NCBI GenBank assembly: GCA_030248215.1
Contig: JASANG010000627.1
Location: forward strand, 434,001-498,000
DNA length: 64,000 nt
From: Enoplolaimus lenunculus
Taxonomy: Eukaryota
Reading direction: 5' to 3'
Position 1 is the first letter of the stretch, and each line of letters opens with the position of its first letter. Shown here one piece after another: positions 13,141 to 27,012 of the stretch. The notes under the pieces were generated by a model. That model searched no databases. It saw nothing but the letters and a program-made list of their open reading frames with translations, and had not been told where the DNA came from. Both the position numbers and the translations under genes were made by a program.

Positions 13141-16100
13141 TTATTCTTCCGAGGATTCATGTTGTTGCTGTCGTGCGCCTTTCCTTTGTCGAGGCGATTT
13201 GTTTGCAGTGACTTTAGGAGACTTGTCTAAAAGTAAATATTATTGTATTAAAAGCATTTGTTTTTTCCGTTCACATTTCACTCATCAGCAGAACGACTTA
13301 TGCTAATTATTCAGTAGAGCGAGTTATGCTAATAATACGAACAGCTCTATGAGACAGGAATATAGTAAGGCTTAGACGCAGAAAATCATAGCTTTATTTT
13401 TAAGCTTATGCTTAGGTTTTGGCTTTCAATATGAGCCAGAAAACCGGGACCATACAACTACACCAAAATCTCCAACACTACACAAACTACACCCAATATA
13501 CAAATATGTTTATTACTAGCGTGATTTAGGACTTCTTTCGGTATCCACTCCCAGTCCACATCAAGATTGTTCGATGTTCCCATTTCAATAGGGGCAGCAC
13601 GTTTGGTCATACCATGTTTTCTCCTCATCTGAATATAGAAAAACTCAGCTCTTGTTGCGCTATTTAACTTTCTAAAACCTGCGTATAAAACTATACCGCT
13701 TACTAGTATTACAAACAAATCAGGAGCGCCCTGGGTACGTAATTGAACCAGCTTCCTATCTGCTGTATATATATGTTTTGAGACATAAAACTATGCTGAA
13801 AATATATTAGCACAGTCTGTAAATAGTACAACCATGTTTACTACAATTCGGTTATCATAGAAAGGTAATGTGATTAACATAACAAAAATGAACAACCACG
13901 TTGAACTTGAGTTATATACAAAATATACCTTTTGCAAAAACTGTTGCCCCAGAACAAGAAGTAGAACCACAAGGCATGCGAGGAAAACGTACAAAAATCC
14001 TCTGAAATTTATAACGAGGGGTGTTAAAATTGTGTAACTTAAAACAAACAAGAAATCATACCCGCCTTGCTATTCAAATGATCATTATGGATCAAATAAG
14101 TGTTGCTGTAATGAAACCTATTTGAAAGACATAACGATCACTTCTTCTTCTTCTTCTTTTATATTAGTTGTTGCAGTGATATCAGTACATTTTTTACGAA
14201 TTCTATGGCCAAATCAAGAACCTTCCGCGTTTTCAATCAATTCAACATATTACGAACTTAAATACGTACTCTCTTCGATTCAGCTACTTTTCATAAAACT
14301 CTACAACAGCCTACAATGTGATATCCACAGGTAGGTTTTGTGAAAACTAACTTACGTTTCAGGATTAAATCCACTTTCGTCTTCGACAATATTTACCGTT
14401 TCGTTAAATACAACATTCTGATATAACGTACCGTTCTAAAAAACTAATTACTTTGTTAAACCAAGAACTATGCAACAAACATCTAAAATTGGTATGCAAT
14501 CGATCGGACGATGCAATAATAATATAAAATAATGTGCATCGAAAAAGTCCGCATACACACAAAATTAGTGATGAGCACTGCATACCCGCAGACAACAGAA
14601 GTTCTGAGTCGGTGTCAGATTTTGCAAAAACAAAAGGTTCAAAATCGGATTTTCGCAATTGGTTTTCACAAAGTTCTGCCCAACTTGTTTGTTGAAATTG
14701 GGTTTAAGAGACTATATTATTTTGGGAAACGTTTCAGCACGTGCGGCTTGAGAATGGACGAGAATTCCCATGTCACTAATGCATCAATGATAATATACTC
14801 TTTTTTGCAAACTGCAGTGCGCAAGCGGAGGTAGAAAAAGATGAAACCGGAGGTTAACAGATGTTGCCGTAGCCGGTAGATAATAAAAATTATGATGAAT
14901 TCGTTATTTGAACAGTAATTTGGCAATTTGCTATGGTGCCAAAAATCTGTGTTTAAGCCTCTGCTTGAAAAATCTCGGTAGTCAAACCTTTCAGAATAAA
15001 CTTATAGCTATAAAAATACATACTCCTTGCCCTTAGATAGCCTAACTTAAACTAAATACGAAAAATTGAGTCAACGAAATTGCAGGAACGTCCGACAAAT
15101 GTTTTACCGGAGAAGAATGTTAAAAAGTTCTACCGGAGCCAGATTAGGGCGCAAAGCGGAACCGAATTATACCGGAATCGGAACGACCAAATTAGACGGA
15201 TTCGGAACTACAAGCTTTGTGACCATACTATAATTTGTTGTAATAAGTATAATATTGATTTATAGTGTCTGTTGGCTGGCAACAATTTGTAAAAACATTA
15301 CAGGAACAAATTGGCAATCACTTTTAGTTTTGTAAAGCTTATCTACAAGCAATTATTGATGTTAGCTCATCGAAAACAAATGATGCGGAATTTTCATGCA
15401 ACCTATCACAACAAGTAGGCCTATAATTTAAATGTCAAAATTCTGATTGATTGTGCAATGGGAATCGGAATTCGTTTTGAATCGGAATTTCAATAGGAAA
15501 AGAAATTACGATTGCACCCTGAAATTACATACACATGATAAATTTTATTGCATAAAAATTCCGACAATTTTAACAGCTGAGTCTTTTAGCAATCAAAAGC
15601 AACTGACCACAGTCGCAAACAAATGGAATACTACCTAGAATCCAAACTGAGTATATAACAGGGTGCAAAGCAGAACAGGATTATACCGGAATCGGACCAA
15701 CAAATTTATACCGGAATTGTAATCGAAATAGTAATCGGAATCGGAACTAGAAGTTTTGTTACTGTAAAGTTAATTTGCATTGACAAATACCTTGTTGACT
15801 TAGGGTGTCTGTTAGCTGGCAACAATTTTCAAAAAGGTTGCGTGTTCTGTAAAAGCTAATCTACAAACAATTACTGATAAGTTAACTCATCGAAAGCAAT
15901 TTAATAGATAAATAATACAGAATTCTCATGCAACGTATCACAACAAGTAAGAGCAAAATTAAAATTACAAAATTTCGAGTCCAATTGGTTGTGCAATCGG
16001 AATCTTAATCGGAAGTCGTTTTCAATCCGATTTGTAATCGCAATCGGAATTCCGATCGCTCCCTGGTATATAAGCTTCGATTACTTAAAATTGGAAAGAC

Positions 16101-19100
16101 TAAAATAGAAACATGGGACAAAAATAATAACTGAACTGATGATACGTATGTTGTGGCTGTCTTTCGAATCTGAATACATCAAAATTACCCGGATCCGGGT
16201 CCATCACTATACAAAAGAATAACTAGTACTTACCACGCCATGATAAGCTAAATTTATTGTGAATCCAAATGGTCGCCCAGCTAAATCTTCAGGTGGCACA
16301 AAGGCGTAATCAAAGGTCGTTTCTGTATTCACTGCTACTAATCGATTTATAGTTGCCGTAGTATACTAAAAAGAAAACACATGCTGCCGCAAATTAGGAT
16401 TCAAGATAAACTTCATATCTACGAATTTTACAACAGAAGTCAGTACGAAAATTCAACGCGTGCTGGTATATTCTATGTAACATTGAAAACTCGATTACTT
16501 GCATACTCTTGTTTAACAGTCACTATCGACCCTTGATTAACCTAAACATACGAATATGTTTATGCTTTCATTTCATTTCCATGTTGTTGTGGCCCCATCC
16601 TCTGCATCTACTATTGCATGGGTATATCGCGGAGGCGACCGCTGGCTCGCATGAACTTGATCATGCTGGACGGTCGTAGCCACAAGTCGTCCAGACAGGC
16701 ATTCAGACCGAGCGAGGTGCGTCAGGCGATGCTGCGTGGTGGCGGGACAGCTTATTATCAGGTGCTCCAGCGTCGTCTTTCATTTCCATCGTCTTAGCAT
16801 ATCTCGTTTCAATTGTTCTAGCATGTTGCACTAGACATAAAGCTACAAACTGTATAGTTTTGTGTAATTTGACACAAACTTACGTTTCTAATGTAGAAGC
16901 TGTAGTCCATAGGAAATCGAAACGAAGCGTCTAAGCTATCAACAATGAAGTCCATATTCCCTTTATTGTAGAACCCAACCAAAAGTTTCACAATGATGCC
17001 GGCTGCAAAATCTGAAAAAATAGACATGGCCGTAAGAAAACATCCAAGCTATCAACAATGAAATGTATATTCCTTTGTTGCAGTACCCAGCCAAAAGTTT
17101 CACATTGGCAGCAAAAACCATTATCAAGAGTATTAATACTACCATAACAGGCCCCTTTTTCAACATACGTAAGTATGTCACACACAAGTCTGTAGGTTAA
17201 TAATACCCGGCACAGTACCGGGTAATTCTAGAGCGTACGTGCACAATTATTAAACCAGTCAGATTTAAGACTAACACTGAAAAAACAAACCTTTAGTCCC
17301 TGCAGGCTTTGTGAATAAAACGTACGTCTCTGCATCGGGAGACGGCTGAACGGCTTGCACTTCCTCCTCTTCATCCAAGTCCTAAAGCGGTACCAAAAAA
17401 TATCATAATATTTCTTGTCAGAGTGCTTGCCGCGCGTTTATATTTAAAATAGTTATCTGAACACGCTATAAATGCGCATCAGGCGCATCACAATTTCGAC
17501 AGTTTACTTACTAAACACGTATTCGTAAATGTGTATTTTGCAAGCGATCCCTACCGCTGTTCTCTTCCACGGTCAGTCATTACTTCTATGACACCTGTTA
17601 CGACAAATACGACAAAACAAAACCTATATCAGGAAATTTACTGGAAGCTTCTAGCTTTCGGGACTTTCCCCGGATCGAAACCGTTTTTTGAATAATAATA
17701 TCAAGGCTTTTAAGAAAAAATTAAGGAATACCTAATTAAAACTGGAAACGTTGTGGTTATTTGTTTCGTTCTCTCAACATTACTTAACCGTTTCCTATTC
17801 TTCAATATTAATAATCGGAAATACTAGCCCACAGGCTACGACCGGAATTAATGAACACGTCCGATCCTCTAGTTCCAATCTTATAGCTAGTCTGTATATT
17901 TTACCTTATCTGACGTCATTTCAGCACCAGTTGATCCAGGTTTTGCCTCATCGGTGTCTCCAGATTCTTCCTCAACAACGCCATCATCTTCGCCTTCGAC
18001 TGGATCTTCATGTTTTGATTTCTCTGCGTCACATCGCACCTGAGTTGTTCCTGACGGAGAATAAATCAGCCTAATTCATAAACAAAAAGCCATTGCAGTT
18101 CCACAGCAACAGCAAAGTTAGCATGTTTGACATGACTCGAGACCAGTAATTTGCCTAACATATCGTTTTCATGACACAACTTGGTTGCAATAGTATATAA
18201 ATGTCCCATACCTATTGAAATCGATAACACAACACTAGAAGTGTCGCGGTGGTGGCAGTCCGGACTCCGGAGCAGAGATGTACGATCTCGATCAGAAAAG
18301 CGAGACCAAGAACGAGACCCAAACTACCGAGACCGAGACTTTTGGTTCCGGTCTCGGTCAATTTTTAACTGCTATCGAAAATAAAAATAAGTTAAGTTTT
18401 GGACATTTTTTTCGACTCTGAATTGTCATTTCATACGATTAAACTAATAAATCGCCGCCAAACTTTACTTTTTACTTCATTTTTCACATGGCTACTATCC
18501 CCATACCCTTCGAACACGCTCGGGACAAATCCCACTGTCTCAAAACAACCTCAGTACTAGCCTAATTCAAAGCTATAGTCTTGTTTTTAGGCCCGGGCAA
18601 ACCAAATAGACTAGAAAATTTTTTAGCATAGCGTAGACTTATAAATGTGGATGACCCATATTTTTAGACGGGGTCTTAAATGCTTTAAACGCAAAAATAC
18701 AATTTGTGTTTTGTCACAATAAAATGAGTGTTTCTGGTTTCCTTTCAAAAAGTTGAATTTTAGGTAACCGGAGGGGTCATTCTGTTTCTCAAATCGCTGT
18801 ATGACCAGGTAGCGGTGCTCCACAATCGTTGGCTCTCCGTGGTGGTAGGCAAAATGTGCAAGTACTTCAGCGCCAAAGTTGCCATGCAAGGAAAAATTTT
18901 GTGCTTTGGTCTAACGTTAGTAACATACACACAAGAATACCTAAATGAATGATAGGTATATTTTTCAAAGAACTTGAGCCTAAGCGCCTTTTATTGCCTT
19001 GCTTATTCAATTATATTCTGTAAAATCCAAGCAGCAACACAGCTGTAATGAACTCCACTCGGCTGGACAATGTGATAGACTTACCGATTGCAAGAAGTAA

Positions 19101-19124
19101 AAACAACAAAGCCCACAACTTCAT
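13141..19124 (-). CDS. SSR1: Translocon-associated protein subunit alpha (TRAP-alpha), 9 exons, ~295 aa
   Basis: Exons 19085-19124, 17905-18050, 17291-17381, 16884-17011, 16234-16365, 14356-14435, 13929-14001, 13517-13628, 13141-13226; all GT-AG and phase-consistent, 888 nt. Protein has a signal peptide, acidic N-terminus, [50 protein letters not shown], one TM helix, [16 protein letters not shown] and a KSPRQRK tail, all typical of TRAP-alpha. Confidence 0.95.
14566..16209. mobile_element. TAGTGATG-type hAT-like element filling SSR1 intron 5, containing two related CAGGG/TAGGG MITEs (~15145-15521, 15659-16065)
   Basis: Ends TAGTGATGAGCAC / GGTCCATCACTA with 6/8 matching flanks cacaaaat/tacaaaag. 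Confidence 0.55.
15659..16065. mobile_element. hAT-like MITE with AATCGG subterminal repeats
   Basis: CAGGGTGC...GCTCCCTG termini with a perfect 8-bp TSD gtatataa (15651-15658, 16066-16073). Confidence 0.8.
16583..16777 (-). mobile_element. Short 3' fragment of a non-LTR retrotransposon (C-terminal zinc-knuckle region plus CAA tail) in SSR1 intron 4
   Basis: GC-rich island flanked by a perfect 12-bp direct repeat tttcatttccat (16571-16582, 16778-16789); minus strand encodes [10 protein letters not shown] and, after a frameshift, [19 protein letters not shown]; ends ACAACAAC. Confidence 0.75.
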
Positions 19125-19951
19125 AGCTACTAAATTGTTGCGGATGAACTAAAATTGTTAGCTAGTACAAACTGCAACCAATAATTAACAAAATTTTAAT
19201 TTCAACTACCTTGGACCGTAGAAAAAAATGTAGTATATTTGATTTCAAAATAAGTTACACTTTCCTTATGTATTGTAAAACTTTACGAGTTAGTGTGATT
19301 TTAAAAGTAACTTAAAACATGACTAAGATTGACGGTGCTTTAAAGCTTTTTCGTTTTAACTATTGGATTATGAGATTCCACAATGTAAAACATTAAAGTT
19401 GGGCCCTTGTATTTGACCAAACTAACATATTCCGTAGTAGACACACCAGCCCGCATCTTTTACTGCTCCCCTTATAACATATTACCGATAATGAATATAC
19501 CTACAATTAGCAAAATCTATATACGTGGTGTATGGAACATTCATTTTTTAATACTGTGCACGCTATTGTAAAAATTTTAATCCTGTCTTAAGAGATCCTA
19601 CTCTGTGCTGAGGGGATTTCCGATCAAGATATCTAAAAGACCAGTACATGCTCCATTAAGGCTCTTTCCAATGCCCGTATTCAAACAAATGTGTGCAGCT
19701 TGTCTTTTTCCGTTTACGTTAACGGAAATTGGGTTATTTTACACTCAAAATTCGTTCGCAATTTTTCACAACGGATATGCTGCAATTGTTCGAAATGAAA
19801 CAATAACTACGAAATTCAGCCCAAAATCTTAAAAATTTCGGTGCATCTGCCATTTTTTTCTATAAAATTTTAGAATGCCCTGTGAATATTTGCACGCTTG
19901 AATTGTGCTGGCTTAAAAATACATTTTTCGTTTCCGTGGCATTCTGGTCGC

Positions 19952-20166
19952 GGCCCATATATAGAACAGGGCCGGAAGAGTAGTATAAGCATATTCGTAA
20001 GCCTAAGCCTAGCCTAAGCCTAGCTTAAGCCTAAGCCTAAGCGTATGAATGAGAATATTCCTAAGCCTAAGCCTAAGCCTCAGCCCAAGCAAAAAATAGT
20101 CTAGCTTAAACTGATTCTATTATAGCCCCTCCGGATAACGATCCATTCCCCCTCTATGCATGGACT
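19952..20166. mobile_element. Telomeric-repeat (GCCTAA)n MITE, Merlin-like
   Basis: Starts GGCCCATATATAGAAC, degenerate right TIR, perfect 8-bp TSD ctggtcgc (19944-19951, 20167-20174), two internal GCCTAA blocks. Confidence 0.85.
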
Positions 20167-22018
20167 CTGGTCGCTATCCGTTTTCGTTTTCGTTATTGTT
20201 ATTTTTGCTATCCGTTTATACCCTGGTGTGTAGCACTATCAGCTGTTGGAGATATTTGTTGTTTAATACTTTAGAATTAAGGAATGGTGAGCTTTGAAAT
20301 TCACACATTCTCAGATTTATCAGCTGCAGGAGTTCTATATTGTAAACCGGCACACGACTTTAAACAAATGGCAAACGAATAAACAAGAAAATCGGAAACG
20401 GATACAGATCAAAATAATGGTAATGGAAACAGATCAAAATAATGGAAATGGAAACAGAAAACGAATATTGAAGTAAGTTTCGGCAAAAGCTATGCATAAA
20501 CCAGGGTGCAACCGGAGGTGAAAAATATTGGAGGCGCAGCCGTAGCCGGATGTCAACGAAACTTGCCGGAGCCGGGGCTAGAAACGGAAACGCTTATATG
20601 GCTGTTCCGTGGATTTTAAAACATTGTGCAGCAAAGTTTGGACAAATTGCTTATTCACCAATACGGAATTTTTATTCGTAGAACTACTTTAAGAAAAATC
20701 TTAAAAAAATTTAGCCTGCTCCAAAAATGTTAGAATATATTGTTGATGGTTGCTCACTAAAACATGCTTAAAATTTAGTAAAACAGTTGCCGGATTAAGT
20801 GTCGGTTTTACTTACAATGGTGCTTGGCAAAGTTTTACTTAATTTTAAGTAAACTCGAAAATCGTAGTTTTACTTAATTAATCAGCAAATATTTGCTTAG
20901 TTTTTGCATATTCTGTACTTGACTTCTCAGTAAATAAAACTTGAATTTTAAGTAATTCTATACTTATAATTTAAGTAAAATTACAATAGTTATTTGGATG
21001 GCTATATGCTTAAATTTTAAGTATTGTTTTACTAGAAATTATCATTACATTGTAACAGCTTGGCAGCCCTGAATTAGTAACATTTGAATGTTTATTTGAA
21101 TCAAACTCAAAAGCAACGACGTTAACACAATAAAACACAAAACCCAACACGGCAACAACAAATTAAAACTAAAACTGAAAACATCAAAACATTTAAATAA
21201 CTTAAATAACATAAAAGCAAAACTAACGCTAACAAACAAACAGCTTCAAAATGCACTATTTTGCTGTTTGCACATGATGTGCTAAAATACAAACACCAGA
21301 AGACTTTCATTAAAAAACGGTTATCACAAAGTTCACTGCCCGGTGAATATGCGGGGATCACGTTATAACTGGGCATTCTGCTTCGACGTCAACATAAAAC
21401 GTGGTTTAGTAGCGGGTATGCCGACAAAATGTGAATCTCACATTACACTGGCTTACAAATTTCTTATCTCATGTGATTATCGCATACAAATAGCCTTATG
21501 TGACATGATACCACATGACATTTATGCGAATAACATATGATACGATGTTGAAAAACTTTTACTGCATCACATGATATCATATGCCGGAAAAATGTAATTG
21601 GTACGTACGAATAAGATAGTAAAAAATCAGATAATTGTAGCATAAAATGATTTCGAACGCTAAATTAGCTTTTGCATTTCTGTTTACAACGAAAATTTCT
21701 TAAATATATTCCAAAGCACTCATAATTCAAATTTCAAATTTTAGTATCAAGACATTCTCCAAACATTAAAACTAGCTACCACCACTTTGCAGACATTTTC
21801 AAAGAAGTCGCATTATATTGAGAAACATATTTAGAATATCATAAAATATTACTGTACCAAAAATGAATATCTTATCAGGATAGCAGATAATTTAAGTTTT
21901 AGGAATTGGATAGCGACCTGTCATTGTAATAAGGACAAAACGTGTTACAGGTTGCACTAGTTATGACATGAACCCCAGTACTAGATGACACGATACATGT
22001 GCTACTTTTATAGTTGCC

Positions 22019-24925
22019 TATAAAAAGATTGTTGCATTTCATTATTCCAATGGTCGCCCTTCAACACTATTTGTTCATTTTCTTCGTCTTGCGGTTCGTC
22101 GAAACAGCTAGATTCGTCCAGCTCACTTTACAACGCACTATCGACAATTTTTGTGTCTTTCAAATAATTTAAAGCATCGGCAGTCCTTTTCACCTGTGTA
22201 TTTAAATTTTTTGTGTCGCTATTACTTCCGCCAACGGAAGTAACCTGTGAAAATATTGTGACGTTGTCCCTTGTTGCCGGTTGTGACTGAAGTGCATACT
22301 GTTTTTCTGAATTTTGCGTCGCAAACATTAGGTCGTCATTTTTGCCTGAATGACTAAAACTCTCAACAGATTTCGTTTGATAAGCTTTGACCTTTTTTGA
22401 TAAGCGAATGTAATCGGAACGTATCGTTGAAGAGATTTTGCATCAAAATTGTTCTTTGATGAAGCTGATGAGTTCGTACACACAACCAACGTCTTTTGGC
22501 TATTCAAAGTCAAATGTATGAAAAATCTAATATACCACGTCGATTGCAACCAGAATATTTGCAGTTCCAGGTAGCAGAAGCGGTATTCGATTAACGATGA
22601 CAAATACTTGCAAAACGCTACTAGATGCAGTACCATCTTTTGTAAAAACAAGAAGACACGGCTAGTGGCCGTTACCGCGTGTTTCGAGTTCCTCACTCAA
22701 ACTTTTATCGGATGGCTGAAAAAGGGGAAAGGTATTCTAAACGAAAGCATTGCTAAAGAGATATACCACAACCTACCGTTTTACCAATGTGCAACCGGTT
22801 GGAGCGGATCATTAATTCAAATCTAGTACCAGATTGCCTTTAAATATCGGAACGCAGGGTTGTTTTTCCCGGAAAAAAAACATGCCGGGAAAAGATTTTT
22901 TCCAATAACAATTTTTTCTTCCATGATACTAAAGTATCCAAATTGTTTACGTGACAAAGTTGGCCCATGTTAATTTTAAAGGCATCCAGTTTTCCGTAGG
23001 CACTACAAAATAATGAGGTTAGGATTAAGGCTGTTATGTTTGCTTCGGCTTAGTTATAGACGTATAACGGTGAAGTTTACACTTGCCGCTCAGGAAATTT
23101 AAACTTTTGGTGACAAAGCTGCACTACGACTAGTAGCAGCTTCTAAGTTCTGCGGCTTAGCGTATAACCAAAGTATCGCTATTGGTATCCAAATATCTTG
23201 GTTGTATATACGCTCCACGTTAACCAACCTAGCGGAAAAAACTTGGACCCGCGGCTATGTCCAACTGTAGTTACAAAGTGGACAATTCATTACAGAATTG
23301 AAAAAATTTGCGTTAACTGACCTTGCGGAAGTTAAATATTTGGTCCAGCGCGTTTGCTGCAAGCTTGTTGTTTCTTCCATGCAAGACGAACGGTAGAACT
23401 ATCAGAGCTAACATGCTTGCTTCATCTTAGAGAAACAAACCAACATAGACAGCTAACTATATCAAAAACCATTTTCAAACTTGTAAAACCACGTTAAGAT
23501 CGGGGTGTAACCTATTAGTTTGACGGTATAAACCGAGTTAGTTCCTTTCCGTTATAGAAATACCGAAAATTTCGACATTTAATGCTTAAAGTTAACTGTG
23601 AATCACAAAAATAACCGTTCAATTGTTCAATACAATTGCGTTGAAACAATTTGCTAACACATAAAATCAACAAAACTTATGGAAAACTCTAAAAATTCTC
23701 GCTGCACGAATAGACCATCTTCTTTATAGTCGTCTCCGTTATTCATACTATCCGTTTACACCCTTAATAGAACTAATCACATATCTGTATCAAACAGTGA
23801 CTATAACGCAGATTGCCTCCTCTTTGTACAATGATAAAAAGTAAGTATCCAACTAACCATGTTCCAGATTTGTGATATCATTTGTGCCAGAAATGTCAAA
23901 TTCGGTAAATACAGCACTAAGCCCATTTAGCTTAGGCTGGTTGCTTCTTGTATGCCCCAATTTTTCAAAGGCTTCAATCAGAATAACTTGTGCAAACATT
24001 GGAAACGTTTCGGACAATGGATTTCCAGCAAAGCGATCAGTTGTGACAGGCAAACTTAGCATCCTCGATTATCTGTATATTTAGTAAACAACCATTTAGC
24101 ATTATCTCAATAAAATGAATTCGAACTAGCCGTCAAGGAGGGATGGGCGGTCTCGGTCAAAAAAGCAAGACCGAGACCGAGACCGGCCAAATTCCGAGAC
24201 TCGCCGAGACCGAGACTGCCCATCCATGCCATCTAGTCTAAAAAAGTTCGACGGCTATACCTTTGATGCGCACTAAACTGTAGCAATTTTTATGCTGTTC
24301 CTTTTAAGTTTTGTACATAGGCGTAAGTATTCATAAGAAAACGTGTTTATCAAAGTTAGGATTTAAACAGAAATTTTTAATAGACTACGAACAATAAATT
24401 CAAATTTTTTGGACTGAAAGAGGAATAGAGTGTTAAAACAGATATTGAAGTATAAAAGTTTCAAATACGTTTTATTTATCTGCCAATACAATCGAATGCA
24501 AAGTGTTCAGAACTATTCAAGCCGTTGTATAATAAATAACGATTTTAGAATTGTGTGCTTTACGCTCATAACAATCACCTTATGGGTCATGGTTCTTCCT
24601 TTAGAGCAACAACAATTGAATCACCTTATGGGTCATGGTTCTTTCTTTAGAGCGCCATTATCTAAAGAACGAAAGCACCTGGAGTGTAGTAAATTGTCTT
24701 CGATACATCCCGCTTTACCGTCTGTCAGTGCAGCGTTATGAGTCTACAAGAAATGACGCTTAAACAATGTATACTTGCGTGCTTCTGAAAGCAATCGTCT
24801 GCGGGACACCAAAAGGGAACAGTGGCGCGATTCCCGTGACTTCGATAGTGTTTAGCTATTCTGAATGCTGACATATAAGCTTTGGACACTGGACAGCACA
24901 CCATTAGTGATGATGGTTGTGACAT
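22019..24925 (-). pseudogene. Degenerate, intron-containing CACTA/EnSpm-associated (SAMD3-like) transposon gene relic
   Basis: Minus-strand segments: zinc-finger-like start (24725-24925, PFWCPADDC), T.R..LSETFPMF..LIEAFEKL (23853-24062), LALIVLPFVL..FNFRK (~23322-23425), and PCLLVF..VFVIVN..AIDVVY*IFHTFDFE*PKDVGCVYELI (~22430-22715) with several in-frame stops. Family recognised from motif memory only. Confidence 0.55.
24138..24228. mobile_element. Short (CCGAGA)n-type hAT-like MITE
   Basis: GGGATGGGCGGTCTCGG / CCGAGACTGCCCATCC inverted ends; related fragment at ~18272-18360. Confidence 0.55.
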
Positions 24926-27012
24926 AGTTTTAGATTTATTCGACTAAACAATAAGGGGACGCAAATACATGAAATTTGTACTCGCTGCAGACATGACCTA
25001 AAAATATGCACTAAAAATTTTGCAAACGTATGCAAGAATACATGCATTCCATTGCATGATTAACCTCAGATAGTAAAAGAAATCTACAGGGCAGCTGCAG
25101 TACATGGACTGCTTATCTGAGCGTTTTGTGTTTAACAATACTGGTCAGTCGTATGTTGTATGCTCAGAAACAAAAATCTCACGTGCTTACAGACTGTTCA
25201 TGTATCCTAGCATTAAGCCTTTAAGGTGCTTCAAAGCACAGTCCAACAACTGACGAGTCTAACCAATGCCTAGTAGTGTACACAACACTGTGACAATTAA
25301 AATACTAGTAATAAACCAAAAAAAAAGCAACGGAACAGAAACATTACCGAAGCACTAAAACTAGCTAAGTCATTTTATAAACCAACTTCTCGTATTCATG
25401 TACCCGACAAGCTAAATATACAAGTGATGCGGAAAACCGGTTTGTGACTGGGACTACGTATTGGCAAGCAACGAAGAATTCTTTTGCAAAAGAAACTCAT
25501 CAGAACTTCACTGTTGAGAATAATCATTTCTGCAAAAGACTAACAATTGTCTTTAAAATTTAGTTTATTCACGTCGTAAGCAAAAATCTGCGTCAAAACA
25601 CATTTTTTACGATCAACTTAAAAACTGTTTCGCTGTTTTGTCGAAAAATTCCAGATCCAACGAATTTGCACTCCCCCGCATTTTACATCCCAGGTACCCT
25701 TAAGAGTATATTTAGCGTGACCGGGGGCATACCTTTGCTACCACAAAATGTTAAATATTGGACACCACATAATGTCATACCTCAGGTCCTGTGATGCACA
25801 TTTGACATCCGTGGTACCCCTAAGACTAAATTTTCTGAAACCGGTGGTTGTACCCTTGCTACCACAAAATTTTGAACCTATACCCCAACATTTCGTACCC
25901 TTGATTCTGTGACGCTATACTTAAACTATTTATGTTTAATAACCATTTAAAGATTTTCAGGACATATTAAATGTGTGCCCTAGATATATACATACATATA
26001 TAATATATCTAATATATGTATATATGTACATTAACTGCCCTGCCATCGAGTGCTAGGGTTTGACCAAGTTTTTAAAAATTAAGCTATGATTTACTTAAAA
26101 ATTTATTTAGCGCAATTTAGCTTGAAAATATGACAGCGGCAGTTTTACCAATTAACAGTACTTCAGTAAAAAATTACTTAACATGTAGTGTAACTATACT
26201 TAAAAATAAGATAGTGAAAAATAGTTTAGGTATTTTTAGTATGTGTTTACAGTTGTGTTAATGTCGGTGGATGTAAATAATGTACCCTGTTTTCGGATCT
26301 TCAACTCTGTCAATAATATATACTCACTTTGTTTTCAGTGCTGTTTTGTACCCCAGCCAAATTGAGAAATCTGGACAATTTTAACATTCACAAGACAGAC
26401 TTTAAAAGTTATAGGTATTTGCTACTGAACACAGTGATGTTACTTTAGTTTCAAACGTACGTCGAGGAAAAGTTCAAAATTTGTGTATTTTTGACGCAGC
26501 TTTAAAAATATGAGCCCAATGATGTTAAAACATGGGTACAACCGAATGTCTGCCTTCGACATTATTTTCGCATCACGTCCGGTTCTAACTTGACCAAAAA
26601 TTGCCGATCTTCGTCTTCGGATTTTCGCGTCCGGTTGCACGCTTGTAAAAATTCATATAAGTTCAATCTGACAGCCAGCTATCAAGTTTACTGTATTTGC
26701 TGTTCTTGCACTTTACACAAACTGTAGACGGCCGAGTGGATAAGGCGATGGTATTTATTCTTTGGTGCTTGAGGTATTAGATTAAACCCACAATAACGAT
26801 ATCATGCTTTTTAAGCCCTGCTAAAATTCGAGGTCTGCTTGTAAACATATATATTGTGAAATCCTCGCATGTCCCGCCGAGAAAATTTTTGGTCAGTTTA
26901 TAGTTCAACCCTGTTGAGCGCTGCCTACGGACCAGTAACTGCCATGATCAGAGGTAATATATTACGCGATAAAATGAAAATAACGTTTAATACTATATAC
27001 TTCCAATGTAAC

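Noticed and set aside
13227..13516. Intronic telomerase-RNA candidate (CTAAGCCT on the SSR1 sense strand)
   Set aside because: It looks like a decayed copy of the telomeric MITE, and I could not support an H/ACA or pseudoknot structure by eye.
12943..14830. Apparent multi-pass membrane pseudogene (GPR180/TMEM145-like or NRF-6-like) suggested by hydrophobic ORFs with stops
   Set aside because: The real coding parts are short exons 6-9 of TRAP-alpha; the rest is intron or 3' flank read-through.
19990..20090. True telomere or chromosome-fusion scar
   Set aside because: The repeat tracts are short, interrupted and bounded by TIRs and TSDs, in both orientations across the window.
26723..26795. 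tRNA-like GGCCGAGTGGATAAGGCG segment
   Set aside because: A box only; the B box is degenerate and no cloverleaf forms.
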